Shown: in pieces, positions 35,847-49,225 of the stretch
How the letters are laid out: the number at the start of each line of letters is the position of its first letter
How positions within the stretch are numbered: the first letter of the stretch is position 1
Origin: Podarcis gaigeae
Taxonomy: Eukaryota
DNA length: 64,000 nt
Strand: one strand, 5' to 3'
NCBI GenBank assembly: GCA_964106915.2
Contig: OZ066915.1
The notes under the pieces: model-generated
The model's database searches: none
Told to the model about the DNA's origin: nothing
What the model saw: only the letters and a program-made list of their open reading frames with translations
Position numbers and translations under genes: made by a program

Positions 35847-38800
35847 GCTGCGGTGAAGGGGAGGAGAGAGAGAGACGCACGCACAAGCACACAAGCAAGG
35901 AGGGAAGCGAACCCGGGACGGAGTGGTTTTGCCCCTGAGCAAGGAGGCTGGCTCAGTCAGTCCTCCCCCCCCCCCCACGCCCAAGACCCGAGAGGCGTCG
36001 ACCTCGACCACATTCGTGGTGCATAGAAACAGTATTGTAGTTTGGGGTTATTTATGGCATTCCCAGCCCACTTTTTCCTCCAAGGAGCTTACTAGCTGGT
36101 TCTCCCCGCTCCCACAAACACCGTGTCCCCAAGGTCACCCGGTGAGCTTCATGGCCCAGTGGGCATTTGAGCCCTGGCCTCCCAGGCCCTATGGTCTGCC
36201 CACTTCAGTTCAGTGGCACACCTAAGAAGAGACTTGCTGGATCCAGTCCAGCTTTCTCAGTGGTCAACCTACCTCAGCGATCTCCTCACCCAAACGGCTG
36301 TTGTTATTTCTTCCGAGTGCCACCATCAAGCACACGGAGCCAGGGTTTGTGAGCACAACCACATTCGCCCTCCCAGCCCTCGCGTATTTACTTGGAAGGA
36401 AATCCCGCGGAAGTTATTCTGAAAGCGCGCCTGAGGTTGCGCACTTCTCTACCGCGGAAGGTAGCGCGACTTCCTTCTGAGAAAACAGGCATGGGATCCG
36501 GGCTGGCAACAGGCCCCGGTTCTAAGGCAGGTTCCTGCTCCCTGAAGCTCTATTTACTGTTGGAGGAGCTTGGGAAAGAAAACTTTCCGCTCCTTATAAA
36601 CCCTACAAGAGTTTCCTTGGAAGTGCAGTCCCGGCTGGTTTCCCTGGATATTGCTTCCGAAGAACTGCATTCAAGATCGCTTTGATCCGGATCGGCTGAG
36701 AACGACGACAAGATATAGCCAGAACCACCCTCAGAGTCGGAGCCCTGGCAGACCAGCGGCACTCACCACCAAGCACTTTGCTTTGGAAAAAAGACTAGAT
36801 TTTGAGGACCGATGAATGAATAAGGATCCCTGAGTGCCTGTCTTTGACATGTGGTCCGATCCAAAGCGTATCTGCAGTGCAGCCCTAGTCTACCCAGAAG
36901 CTACTCCAAGTGGTTGTGGCCTTGCAGGAGGCCCCACAGAGCTCAGTGGGTCTCGTCTCCTTCTAAGGAGGCTTCCTAAAATGTCGGCGTTAAGGCTGTG
37001 CCAAGGTCACACGCGCCCCTGAGAAATAGTCCATTATATCATTGGTATGTTGTGTTGCTGTAAGCCACCCCCAGTGTCCACGAATGTATGCGTGTATAGG
37101 CAGAATTGAATTCCATCACTTCCTACCAGCAGCGATGCGCTTGGTAGAGGCCCGCAGATCTTCGTGTTTCGCAAGCACCTTAGTTGGGAATCCGCAGTCC
37201 CCATTGACTTCTGTCGCCCGAAGTTCAAGCGTTATTTATAAACCGCTTGCTCTGATATTTACTGGTCAAGCAATTTAGGTCAGGATCTGGCAGAAAGCTC
37301 TCTTCCAACAGCTTCCGTGGTTACGTTTGGAGCTTGCGCAGGAGAACATCCCCCCTGGATAATTCGAAAACATAGACAGCCGGGTCCTCTGTAAGGTTCC
37401 TCGAGCAAAACCCGCAGGGTTCCAGGAGTGCCAACGTTGCCCCGCGACCGTAGGTGCCAGATTGCCATGCAGCGTGCATGGCCCTGGCACCGAAATTTGT
37501 AGGTATCCAGGTCCCTTCATGGGGAATTTTATGGGTACTCGGGCGCCCAGGAAATTGGCACTTGTGCAGGGTTCAATGGAGTTTGCTTACACAGGTGTCG
37601 GCTTACAGCCAGCAGTGGAATGAATGGGAGTAAAAACCACGTTTAGGATGGGGGGTAAAGGTGAGAGTGGGAGATCTCTGGACCATCTGGATCACAGTCT
37701 TCCTTGTGGTTAATATTATATGAGCGATCCGTTTCCCCACTAGGGAGTATGAAATTTTGTGTACATATATACACGCATCTATATGAGTTTGGGAACTATG
37801 TGCGCATTTCATGTTTTTCTATGTAAGTAACCCACAGGGCTCCATGCTTTTTCTCGGGGGCAACCTCGGCCCTCCTGTGATCCGGAGGTAGGGAGGACAG
37901 CGAATACAGCTTCGGCCTGGTCTTCACCTGACTTGCCGGCGCCATCCCAAAGGCTCGGAGGGAGCCCAGATGGGGCGTGGGCACACTCCGGCCTAAGTAA
38001 TTCCAACGGGACTGAGTCAAACCTGCTTACACTTGAGTCGACCTATATAATGTAAGGCTGCTATCTTAAACCTCGTGAACATACTGCATTGCTTAGGATT
38101 GCTTTGCGTAATATACCGCTTCTGTTAACATACCCATAGCCGCTAAGTAAGAATGACATTGAAAGCTCAGTGTGGTTTGAGGAAGAAGCAAATAACATCA
38201 TTTTAGGTTTGCGGGCGGGGCAGCTGTGAGGAGCGGGCCTGGGGCGGTCAGGGCGCTTCCCTTCGTTTTTATTTTATTTTCATTCTGAGCAGTCTGGAGC
38301 GGAAGAAATAAATGGATAACTTGTCTGAATTTCTCTTGTGTGTAAGCTGAATTCCGTGCTTATGGGTGGGTGTGCCCCTTCTCTGCGTTTTTAATTCTTT
38401 TCTCTCCATATTCGAGAGAATGAAGTCACAGGGATGACTGGAGGAAACCACAAAATGGGACCTTATCAGTTGAACCACGGAGACCGAAAACTTTTGCACG
38501 TGCTGTTTTATTTCTTCCCCTTGTCTCCCGTGTTTTTAAAAAGGGAATACCAAAGAAACTGGGGATCTTTGTCTGGTTCAGCACTAAAGGCGCTTCAGAG
38601 GAACCTTCTGAACTTTGCCTTCTGAGGTAATATGATGAGAAGCCTTTATAATAAGATCACAGTAAGGTGTCTGGGAGGTTGCTGGTGCCGTGACTTCCCA
38701 TTAAATCCATTGTTGCTAGATGACGAAGACACTGAAGAACTGAGGAATTGCCTTTAGGGACCAGAACAGGTCATTCTGTCGCCAACAGGGGTCAGTCAGA

Positions 38801-39565
38801 CAATTCAAGGCCAGGAGTGTTGTTGGACACAGCGACTGGCAGTGCTGGCTGAGGCTCACAAAAGTAGCTTGAAAGCCTTATCCTCTCACTTGTCTCCAGA
38901 AGCATAGGATTTTCCACATATAACCTGCTTCTATACAATATGGTCCATCACTCAACCACCATCCGTTGTGTGATCCAAGGATGGCTAAACTGTGGCCCAC
39001 TCATTGTTTTTTGTTTTAATTAAAGTTTTTCTTGAGTTACAAAAGCACATCCATCATCTCTATTTTCAGATCCTAAACTCCTTTCTACTGATCAGTTATA
39101 TTTGATGTGAGACGTTGATGTTGTTGGCCCTCTCAATGTTGTTGGAGTCCAACTCTCCTCAGCACCAGTCAGCATGGACAAAGGAGGGAGTGGGCATGGT
39201 CAGGAGTGGGCAGCACGATGGACCATGTGGCTCCTGAGGTGACCGCATCTGTGATGACACAGATCCACCCTCCCTCTCCCACCCTCAAGAGATTCTGGGC
39301 ACCTTCTGCTGGAATTTGGGGGTGCGGGTGGCAACAGGGGAGATCCAATAAGAAGTGTATGTGCTGGTTTATATGGACGAACCCTCCTTGTTCCCTATCA
39401 GCCTGGTCCCTTTTAGCCAGACACATGCCTCTGTGAAGCCCACAGTCCTCCCCTGTGGCCCAATACAGCATCTGGAATGAGTCAAAGCACACTCTTCTTG
39501 TGCCAAATAATCCTTGATAGGCCTAACCTATAGTCCCTCTTTTAAAGTCATCTAACTGCAGTCCT

Positions 39566-39915
39566 AGGTGGCGCTGTGGGTTAAACCACAGAGCCTAGGA
39601 CTTGCCAATCAGAAGATCGGCGGTTCGAATCCCCGCGACGGGGTGAGCTCCCGTTGCTCGGTCCCTGCTCCTGCCAACCTAGCAGTTCGAAAGCACGTCA
39701 AAGTGCAAGTAGATAAATAGCTACCGCTCCGGCGGGAAGGTAAACAGCGTTTCCGTGTGCTGCTCTGGTTCGCCAGAAGCGGCTTAGTCATGCTGGCCAC
39801 ATGACCTGGAAGCTGTATGCCGGCTCCCTTGGCCAATAAAGCGAGATGAGCGCCGCAACCCCAGAGTCGGTCACGACTGGACCTAATGGTCAGGGGTCCC
39901 TTTACCTTTACCTTT
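39566..39915 (+). mobile_element. Sauria SINE
   Basis: Head GGTGGCGCTGTGGGTTAAA...GGTTCGAATCCC (A/B boxes), tail (TTTACC)n, 13-bp TSD TAACTGCAGTCCT (39553-39565 / 39916-39928). Confidence 0.93.
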
Positions 39916-42900
39916 TAACTGCAGTCCTGTGTCTGTCTAGGCAAGCTCCATTGAGTTTAATTAAACCTACCTCTCATTAAGTGTGCATAGGATTGCATCC
40001 TAAACCAATGGCCATGCCCAATGGCTTTTAGTGCTGTTGGCTCTACTACCTCCAGTATTAAAGGAAGGAGGCCTCTGAATATCAGCTGCCGGGCATCCCA
40101 AGAGGGAGTGTGCTGGGGGTGCTCATCTCCTGTTCCTAGTCTTCCCAGAGGCATCTGGTGGGAAGGACTCTTTTTATGTCCTTATCACATCTTGCGGCAG
40201 TGAATAGTGAATTTCACAAGTTGGATGATAGCAACATTAACGGCAATGAAGAATAAAATATTCTTCACCACACAGCCGGGATCCAGCCTCAGAACCTGTT
40301 TGCAACTTCGTTTGGTGTGATGACGAGGAAAGGTAAGAGTGCCTTTGAACGTGGGCAGTATGCTGAGAAGCCAGCCAATGGTCCTCAGATGGTCCGGATC
40401 GGAGTATATTTGAGAAGGAAGGTTTTCCCCATGAGGACGGTCCAGTATTTCAGGAGCTCTCTCTAGAAGCCGCCATTCCCTCCACACTTTCAGAGCGCAA
40501 TGGGCTTCGCCAGCTCTTTTCTACACGAAAGCCCTGAAGCCCGGTCGAGGCCAAAGAACTGCCTTGAGTCCCTCCAGCCCCTCTAGCAGTCGAGCCAGAA
40601 AGTACAAAAGCAGCAGCATTTGCTACTGGACGGAGAGGGGATTTGGAGGACCTGCAGCTAAAGAGAAAGGAGCTGCGAGAGACTGGGACCAAGGTCCGTC
40701 AGGGAAAGCCACGCGTAGCCCGGGGACTGGTGGCTGAAAGGGTCGCTAGGGTTGAGAAGGAGCCCCCAGTGAGAGGGGCCTCACCTCCACCTCTAGGTCG
40801 CTTCCCACTAAGATGGCGAGGCCTGAAACCGCTCTGGGTGCTGCAGATTCTCACAGAAGTCAGTGGAAGTGTACGCACGGAAGTGGTGCCACAAGAGCAG
40901 AACTTGGGCGCAAATGCCCTGGCCCAGTTTTGCTGAATGAGCAGGAAGACAGCAGCCGGGCTGGTTTATGGCCTTTGCAGTAAGGATGACGGTAAAAACA
41001 TTTCCTCTCAGAAGAGCCCCCTCCCACAAGACCACGAGAAGCAAGCAAAGTAATAGGCGCACATTGTGATTTAAAGAGGGACCCGCTCTCTTTAGCCCTG
41101 AATCTAAAATTAATTAATACAGCCGCTGGGTAGCTGGAAACAGAAGACCCATCCTGGAGCAGAAGATCTCCCGTATCAGCGCACCCAGCCGTGGTTATAT
41201 CAGTTTCAATCAGAAAGGCTGTAGCCCTGCGCACATTGATTTGGGAAATAAGTCCTATTTAATTGGGGGTCGGGGGGGCTTACTTTGGAGTAGACACGCC
41301 TAGGATCCGCTGCAAGTGTTTAGACACACTGAGCTATGAGCCAGGTGACTCTCACCTCAGTAGCCATAGCCTGATCACACCAGGCTTCTGATCTTCCTGA
41401 CGGCATGGCTTTTAAAGACAATCCGGACAGTGAATAAGAAGCGCTTTGAGCACTTTGCGTCCCCAAGTAAAATGCAAAGTATTGTCGCTCTTACCGGTTC
41501 TGCGAAACCAAGCGCTGTGTCTGGCTTAGAACAAGCCTTCAAGCGTTAATAACACCAACATTTAAACATTGTGACATCCCCAATGTTAATGATGTTTACT
41601 CGGAAGTGTGTCCTGTAAACTGAACGGAGTTCATTTCCTCCCAGTTACGGGCCTGCTCCAGAACGCAGCTGGACACCTCGATCCTGAAGCGCCTTCGCTG
41701 GGATCTACATCGTAATAAAAATCTTGGACTAATTTCAAAATGGGTGGTCCTTCATACAATGACTTGTAGATCATCTTGATCTTTTGGGAAAGCGTCTAGA
41801 CAAAGTAGGCTGCCATCCAATGCCTTAGCTACTTGGAAGTTGAGTCCTATGGTACCCCCTAGAATCTACAGCAAAGTCAATGCTCTTAGGATCGCGCTGC
41901 TCTTTGATTAGTTCAGGATTGCAGCGTGATCATGTTTGCCCACAAAGAGGGGACTTTAGGTGTGGCGGGCGTAGGTCTATGACAAACACCCTTCCCCAGT
42001 ATAATAGTATCCCAGCATATTTATTTAACCGGTATGGTTAAATTACCCATTAATGCATTTCCGATTTCAAATGTACAATTGAACGGGATCTGTCTCCCGC
42101 GACGAGACGTATTTAGGATGGACTTGCTGGAAGTGTTTATGTATCTAAACGGTATCCAACCAAAGTAAAGGAGACTGATTTCAGTAAAAAAAAAGATTTG
42201 GGTTTCAACTCTCCCACTTAAATTAGTGAGATTTAAACGCGTTCAACTTCAGCAGGATAGGGTTCATTCTTTACTGACCCATTTCAGCTGAAAAATGAGC
42301 AGACTCAATTTTTTTTAATGTAGAAAGACACACTGCACCTGTCGTTTTCCTCGCCAGTTTCACCTGAATTAAGACACAAGTTGTTATTATTACGTGCGTA
42401 AGAAACTAAGAAAAGCGCTACAGGGATGGGTCAGACCAAAAGACCTATCTAAGCCTCTGATCCCGTTCTGGCTTTGGCCAAACAGATAGCTCTGGGAAGC
42501 CTCGAGCACTGTGGCAACGACCCTCTCCCCACGCGTGTCCGTGAGCGACTGGCATTGTTCTGTTTTCGAGAATGGAGTGACTATCTCGCCATCGTGGCCA
42601 GCACATTCACTTTTATGACGGGATGGCTCCATTGAATGATGAACTATCTGGGACCTTCCTCTAAGGCGGCTCAGAAACGAATCTCTGGATCCAGAACCAG
42701 GTGAAGTTGGCAAGTTGTCTTGCTCTAAGGTTACACTCCTCTGCGCCCAAGTAAGTTCCATTGAACACAGCGGGACTTAACTCTTGAGCGCGCGTCAGAT
42801 TGACCTGTACAGTTAGGGACTGGTGGGAAGTTAGTCCCACTAGAATAATATCCACCAGGGGCGGGGGTAGCCGGACTCTCAAACACCTTTCAACTGCGGG

Positions 42901-45900
42901 CATTCCTCGTGCATTATTATAATATATAACCCAAAGAATAAGTGTTCCTGTTTACCTCCCACCTCGCAAAAAACACAGTACCGTCGCCTCTCCATCCAGG
43001 AGCTTCCGCGCCTACGTGGTGGCCACGCCGGCTTAGATGGGATCCGGATCGGAATTCTCGCCTTGCAAGGTTGCCTTCCTCCTACCGTCCCCAATGAAAT
43101 CGGCCGGTGGTTTCAATCTCTCCGGCTGTCCCGAGGAGCTTCGGAGGACGGAGACCGAATGGTCTCAGCCAGTCCTTCAGAGTGACTTCTGCAAAAATTG
43201 ACGCGGCGCATTAGAAGAATTGGGTAGCAAGCGAAGGCTGCGATCTGGAGGACGCTTACCCGGGAGTAAACCTCACTGAGTACAGCGGGACTTGCTTCTG
43301 AGTAAAATAATGACGACGACGATGATAAAAATAATGCACCTGATTGTTTTGTACATGACATTTCTGGAATAGATGCGGCGAAGCGCTCCGGGACTACAGA
43401 GATCTCCCTTAGACCGGCAAGGCATTCCCGTTTACTATCCAGAAGGGAATTCTGGTTCGCATGAATTGCAAAGAGATATTGAATAAATTCCTCGTTTCCT
43501 GCCAGGATGTCTTTGGTTCCCCAAACTCCTGTGGAATTTGCAGGAGGCAAAGCAGCCTGCGTTGAGTGCCGTTTAATTTTATAGCAATTATGTTTGCTCT
43601 AGGCGCAGATTGCCCGTCATTTGTTTCCTTCATGTAAAATCGAATAAACGAGCAGACTGACCGCCTACTTTTGTGTCTTTAAAAATTAGGCATGTCTAAC
43701 TCGATCAGCCCGATCCACAGCCCAGATAAATCGAAATGATCGAATCGCAGCACTCGGATTCGAAATACAGACCTCACCGAAACACAGCTGAATTTATTTC
43801 CACGTTAAGCGTGCTGATAAAAGCAACCTAAATACGTTACGTTGAAATAAATGTCAGTAAAATGAATGGAATCTGCTTCCGTGTATCTATGTAGCTTTGT
43901 ATATGTTTAGTAATTAGACGTGTGCATAGCCCTTACTTGGGTTGAACTTGGCCGGTATCGTTTGTAGTTTGTACCACTGCATTAGCTGCCTACTGTGGCT
44001 AATTTGCCTGGTTGTAAATCCTATTCCGAGCAATGGGACTTACTTCCAGGTTGCCATGTCCAGTACTGGGGTACTAGCTCCTCTTAAGCGTTTGCTTTAA
44101 AAAATAACTTTGCAAATAATGGACGGTGTACTGGAAAACAATATAAATTGTATTGTTTTGTATATGTTTTTTTATGACGGGTAAACATTTCACACCGCTC
44201 TAGTGTGCATGTCCGCCCTATAGCTGCTGGGATTTAAAAAACAAACTCGTATTAAAACAAATCAGAATCTCAAAGAATGCGGAGGAAAAACGGCGTTTTA
44301 GAATAATCTATTTCCAGAACTCTGTGTGTGAGAGAGAAAGAGATTGAGAGAGTATGAGGAGAGACAGATAGGTTTATTTTTAATATGTCAATTTTAAAAT
44401 GTACTTTCATTTATTAAATATATTGCTCTTATGAACATTCACGACTGTTTTTATTATGTAGAATTACATGCCAGCTGTCCCATTTCTGAAGAGACCGAAA
44501 AGGGCCGAAGCGCCACTCATTGCGGAGGACAGACAATTGTGAACCCAGGAGACAATGGCTGCGGGTGTCTACATTTCTGGCAAGAAGAGTTGTGCTGGTT
44601 GCTAAAGGACCAACGCGACCTGTGCCAAAAAGTGCGGTTTCTCTCCAAAGTGTTGCGCACTGGTTTTTTGAAAAGTGCTTTGAGTTTGTTTCTTTCTTTC
44701 TTTTCAACTTTTGAATCAGAAATAGCCCCCAAAGGGGAGGGGGGACCCCGCGAGGTTGCCTGCAACACGCACCCACCCCGCCCTTATTAAGTCGCTGGAG
44801 CAGCGAGGTATGTTAACGATTAAATCGTTTTCAAAGGCTTAATCTTGCCGTTTAGGGTGGAAATGTTTCAAGGTTGTTTCTCAGGCGCCTTATATTAATC
44901 ATCCAACCTAACAGTCCATTAATGTCCATTTACATTTTGGAGATGACAAATTTTATGTGACTTATTTCAATCACAGCTCCGCCAGAAGTCTCCAGCGGAT
45001 TCGGTAGCCACTTAGAGGTCGGGAGAGCTGCCTCCTTATTTGTTACCAAAGGCGTTTAAAAGCCACTAAGACTCGGCTCTAAACCTCCCTCTACAGCTGA
45101 TCGGGAACAATCGGATTTTCCCTGTCGCAAAGGCCATTAAGCTGCGGAAAGAACAGCGTGCGACGCTGTGGCTTGCAATCTCTCTCGCTCTCTCTCGCTC
45201 TCTGCAGCCTAGCCTTTGACTAAAGAAAAGAGGCGCAAGAATCAGGTTTGTATTATAGGACTTTCCTCCCCGCCCCTCTAGCGCACTCCCTTTGCCTTTG
45301 TTCTCTCGCCGTGCTAAACCCTCCCCACCCCACCGCACCCCATTACGACCCCCTTAAACCAACGAGGTGGAAACATTTGTTATTCATTACTTGCCCATTT
45401 CCATTTGGTAACTGGGGAGGGGGGAGGAATTAAACCGAGGAAGGGTGAATATCCCGCTTTCTTCTGCATTAAATAATATAAATAAATTTGCTGTTATCAT
45501 CCGGTCACTTTTAAGCCCCATTGATTTCATCTGGTGAAAGGGAACCCAAGGCTTAACTCTTCTCACCGAAACCAGCGGGGTGTGAACGCGCTTCCCTTTG
45601 ACTGGATCCTGGCGTCATGATCGTCCTGCGTGATTATTAATATCTGATGGGTCTCTAGGACGCGCCGGGCATCGATCCGACGGGACGGACCGGGGAGATA
45701 AATTTCTAGCCTGCCCTCGACGTTGGGCGCCGCCCCGCCGCTTTGGATACGTCGAGAGGTCCTCCAAAAGTTTTCCTAGTCAGGGTGGCATATGCTCTTT
45801 ATTAAGGTCTGCATTTAAGGATTGTCACGGTTAACCTGCCGCCATCCGAAGGAGGCTTTTCCTTTTCCAAGGGGGAGGCACGTTTCTCATTAGAGTTTCC

Positions 45901-46225
45901 CAGGGGAGCGAGAGAGACCCACGTCTGGCGATCTGGGCTCTCCCTCCTCCTCGCCAGGCTGCTGCTGCTCCCCTCCTCGAGACGAGGATGAGGACTTCCA
46001 TCAAATAATGCTTAGGGAAGAGGCCGAGCACCCGGGCAAAGCTCTGCAGTGCGCGCTGCCACCAAGCGGGCTCCTTCCTCATCTGGCAGTCAGGTAGGGA
46101 GGAAAGGCAGCTGGTCCCCCTCTCCCGCCGCACCGCCTTTTCCATTCACAGAGAAAGGAGCGAAATCGAGCGTTTGCAGAGCGCCAGTTAACGCGGGTCA
46201 CACACGCGCGCGATCTCTGCCCCCA

Positions 46226-46344
46226 GAGGTTCCTAAGCAGAGGTTGGATGGCCACCTGTCATGGATGCTTTAGCTGAGAGTTCTGCATTGCAGGAGGTTG
46301 GACTAGATGACCCTCGGGTTCCCTTCCAGCTCTACGATTCTATG
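46226..46344 (+). mobile_element. CR1 LINE 3' end
   Basis: AGAGGTTGGATGGCCACCTGTC...GGTTGGACTAGATGACC...CCCTTCCAGCTCTACGATTCTATG, the canonical CR1 terminus. Confidence 0.85.
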
Positions 46345-47477
46345 GTTATTATTATTATTTCTCAATGTATTCAGTTTAGGAACACAGGAAGTGGCTTTAG
46401 GAAGAGTCACCAGACCATAGCTCGGGATGGTCTACTACACTGTCTCCAAGATTTCAGCCTGGATACAGGAGTGAGCTACTGATCGCCCCCCGCCGCCCCA
46501 CGGGAAAGGGTGCCGATCCTACGAAAAAAGTTGCCTGCCGTGGCTCACAGTGTTTACTCGGAAGCAAGTTCCGCAGATGTCCCCGGGTCTTCCTTCCGAG
46601 TCAACGCGCTTCGCCTTGCCGCTGCATCCGGATTCCATTCCCTAGCAGGCATTCCCTCTTAAAACAGGGAAGAAAAATCTCTGGGATTTTAAACCTCTGG
46701 GATTTCTGACTTGCAAGTTAGGCTGCAGCACCCCACCCCTACCCCTGTAGTCGCTTTTCCTGTCCCTACGAACTCAGTAGGGTTACTTTCGAGGAGCTGC
46801 CTCTAGTATTGCACTGTAGAGGTGTACTTTCGGATCCATGTGTACGAAAGGCCCCTTTCTCCCTCCCTCGCCCTCTTGGGGGCTAGTCTCCCACCGCGAT
46901 GCCACCCTCCTAGTGCCACCCCCTGCAAACCGACCGGGAGTTCCCCGCATCGCTCCGTTTGTTCCCCCCCCCCCCAAATGGTCAGCCGCTGGCTCTGGAG
47001 GGAACGAATCAGGTCCAGTTATCTAATCGTAATCGTTGGCCCCAGACCAAGAAAGCTACAGTGAGTCTGTGCCTAAGGAATCTCATTGATAAGGAAACCA
47101 CAGCGTGTTGCCGGGAAGGGGGAGGCCCGATGGGGGGGCATTTTTTTGAGCTGGGGGAAGGTTATATAATACGTCATCGCTTTAATCTCCAAACTGAGCC
47201 ACCACAACTCTTGAGTCAGAAAGAAGATACTCTTCAAAGGGTCTGGGGTGTCCCACATTTCTTTCCAGGTGGTTCATATCCCCCCCCCCTTTCAAAACAG
47301 TTACTCTTACCGTTTAACTGATGAGGATGATTGCTGTTAACTTTTCCTGCTGCATTCCAGTCCTGCTTTACTGATGATGTACAGTATTCTTGTTTTTGTT
47401 TTTTTAAAATGTTCTGATAGTCCTAAATATATTTCTCATATATTTGGAAGGCACCTTAGAGGTCAATTATACCATGC

Positions 47478-47940
47478 TTTTTAAAAAAAAATAAATTACT
47501 TTTTAAATTGATTTTAATGTCACCAGTCAACAGTATAACAAAACAGATAACATACATAAAAGAAAGCATTTCTATACATAAGAAATTCCTTCCACTTATT
47601 ATGACTTCCAATCTCCCCATCATGGGTTCCAAGTTTTCTTTATCAACTGCATATTATTTATTATCTAACTTAAGTTTATCCGAAATATCTATAATTTATA
47701 TATACTTTGCAGGAGTCATTCAAAGCATGCCAAAGATTTCATATGATTACAACATTCTTTTAAATATAATCTGTATTTATCCCATCCTCTGTTGAACCTC
47801 TGATCCGATTGGTTCCTAATTCTCCCTCTCATTTTTGCCAGTTCTACATAATCCAATAATTTCAACTGCCATTCCATTTTCGTTGGTATATTCTCTCCCT
47901 TCCAACCTTTGGCTATTAGTGTTCTTGCAGCAGTGGTTGC
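47478..47940 (-). mobile_element. Older L1 3' end remnant
   Basis: Minus strand encodes YVELAKM..IRNQSDQRFNRGWDKYRLYLK (with a frameshift), paralleling the C-terminus of the young L1 copies; A-rich tail. Confidence 0.6.
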
Positions 47941-48319
47941 ATACCTGTATGCATTTATATACTGTGCTCAATGCAGGATGCAGCTACAGCATCCCTGACC
48001 AATGGATGCCCAGCCCTTGTTCCCTCCAATGAAGCAGCTTTTTTATTGAACAGCAGCATTCATTTGTTTATTTAACAACATTTATATGTTACTCCCCTCA
48101 CCTAAAGTTTTCTGGGTGCCTTACAATAAAAAAAATAGTATGATGATGATTTATGTACAAAAGAAGACATAAAGCCATCAAATACAAGTGAGATATAAAG
48201 TACATAAATTGATTAAACAAAGTAATAAAGTTACAACAGGATTAAAAATACAATAATAAAGGAGAGGTGGAAAGGGCTGCAGCCAGACAGGAAACTGCCT
48301 TATGTTGAGCCAGGCCTTT

Positions 48320-49225
48320 TTTTTTTTTAAAAAAAGAATTTTTATTAGAGTTTCAACAAGTTTTTATCATAACAAAACAAAACAACACAATAACAGACAA
48401 AAAACAGTATAAAACATAGAAAACAAAAAGAAGCATATAAATTCAAATCTTAATTTCTTATAGCTTACTTTCCGACTTCCTCGCACCTCCCCTTTCTGTA
48501 TTCCAATTTCTGATTTATTTTCAGCAAATCCTTCCTTTATTTTGACTGATTTTAATATTGCTTATTTTCTTTTAAATTAACCATTACCGCTACTAACCAC
48601 TTATCTTCTAATCCCCCGTCATTTTAACATTGATTAATTTTGCTATATTTCTTTACTTATTACTCATAAAACATTTTTGCATATTCCTTTCAACTATGCC
48701 ACTAATGCCGCACTATCTTTATATCCTGCATCACTTTAACATTCAAATATTTTGCAATGTTTTTGCAGATAGTCCTTAAATTTCTTCCAATCCTCTTCCA
48801 TTTGTTCTTCTCCCGTGTCTCGGATTCTGCCAGTCATTTCTGCCAATTCCATGTAGTCTATGAATTGCATCTGCCATTCTTCCAGGGTGGGCAAATCTTG
48901 TGTCTTCCAGTACTTTGCGATGAGTATTCTTGCTGCTGTTGTTGCATACATAAAGAAAGTTCTATCCTTCTTTAGCACCATCTGGCCGACAATGCCCAAG
49001 AGAAAGGCCTCTGGTTTCTTAAGGAAGGTATACTTAAATACCTTTTTCAGTTCATTATAGATCATTTCCCAGAAAGCCTTAACCTTTGGGCACGTCCACC
49101 AGAGGTGAAAGAATGTTCCCTCAGTTTCCTTACATTTCCAACATTTATTATCAGGCAAATGGTATATTTTTGCAAGCTTGACTGGTGTCATGTACCACCT
49201 ATAAATCATTTTCATAATATTTTCA
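48320..49225 (-). mobile_element. Young 5'-truncated L1-clade LINE (ORF2 C-terminus + 3'UTR)
   Basis: ORF 48736-49215 contains the CCHC knuckle CWKC..EGTFFHLWWTC; poly(A) tail; 18-bp TSD ATGTTGAGCCAGGCCTTT (48302-48319 / 49226-49243). Confidence 0.92.

Larger units (their letters stand above)
34900..36020. promoter_or_regulatory. CpG island over HAND1 promoter/exon 1
   Basis: Extremely GC- and CpG-dense by inspection. Confidence 0.9.

Noticed and set aside
34810-35938. Long overlapping/antisense ORFs over HAND1 exon 1 (34927-35715, 35128-35625, 35525-35938 etc.)
   Set aside because: Shadow ORFs expected from extreme GC content; no recognisable domains.
48736-49215. 159-aa and 127-aa (59368-59751) ORFs as host genes
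   Set aside because: They are L1 ORF2 C-terminal fragments bounded by poly(A) and TSDs.
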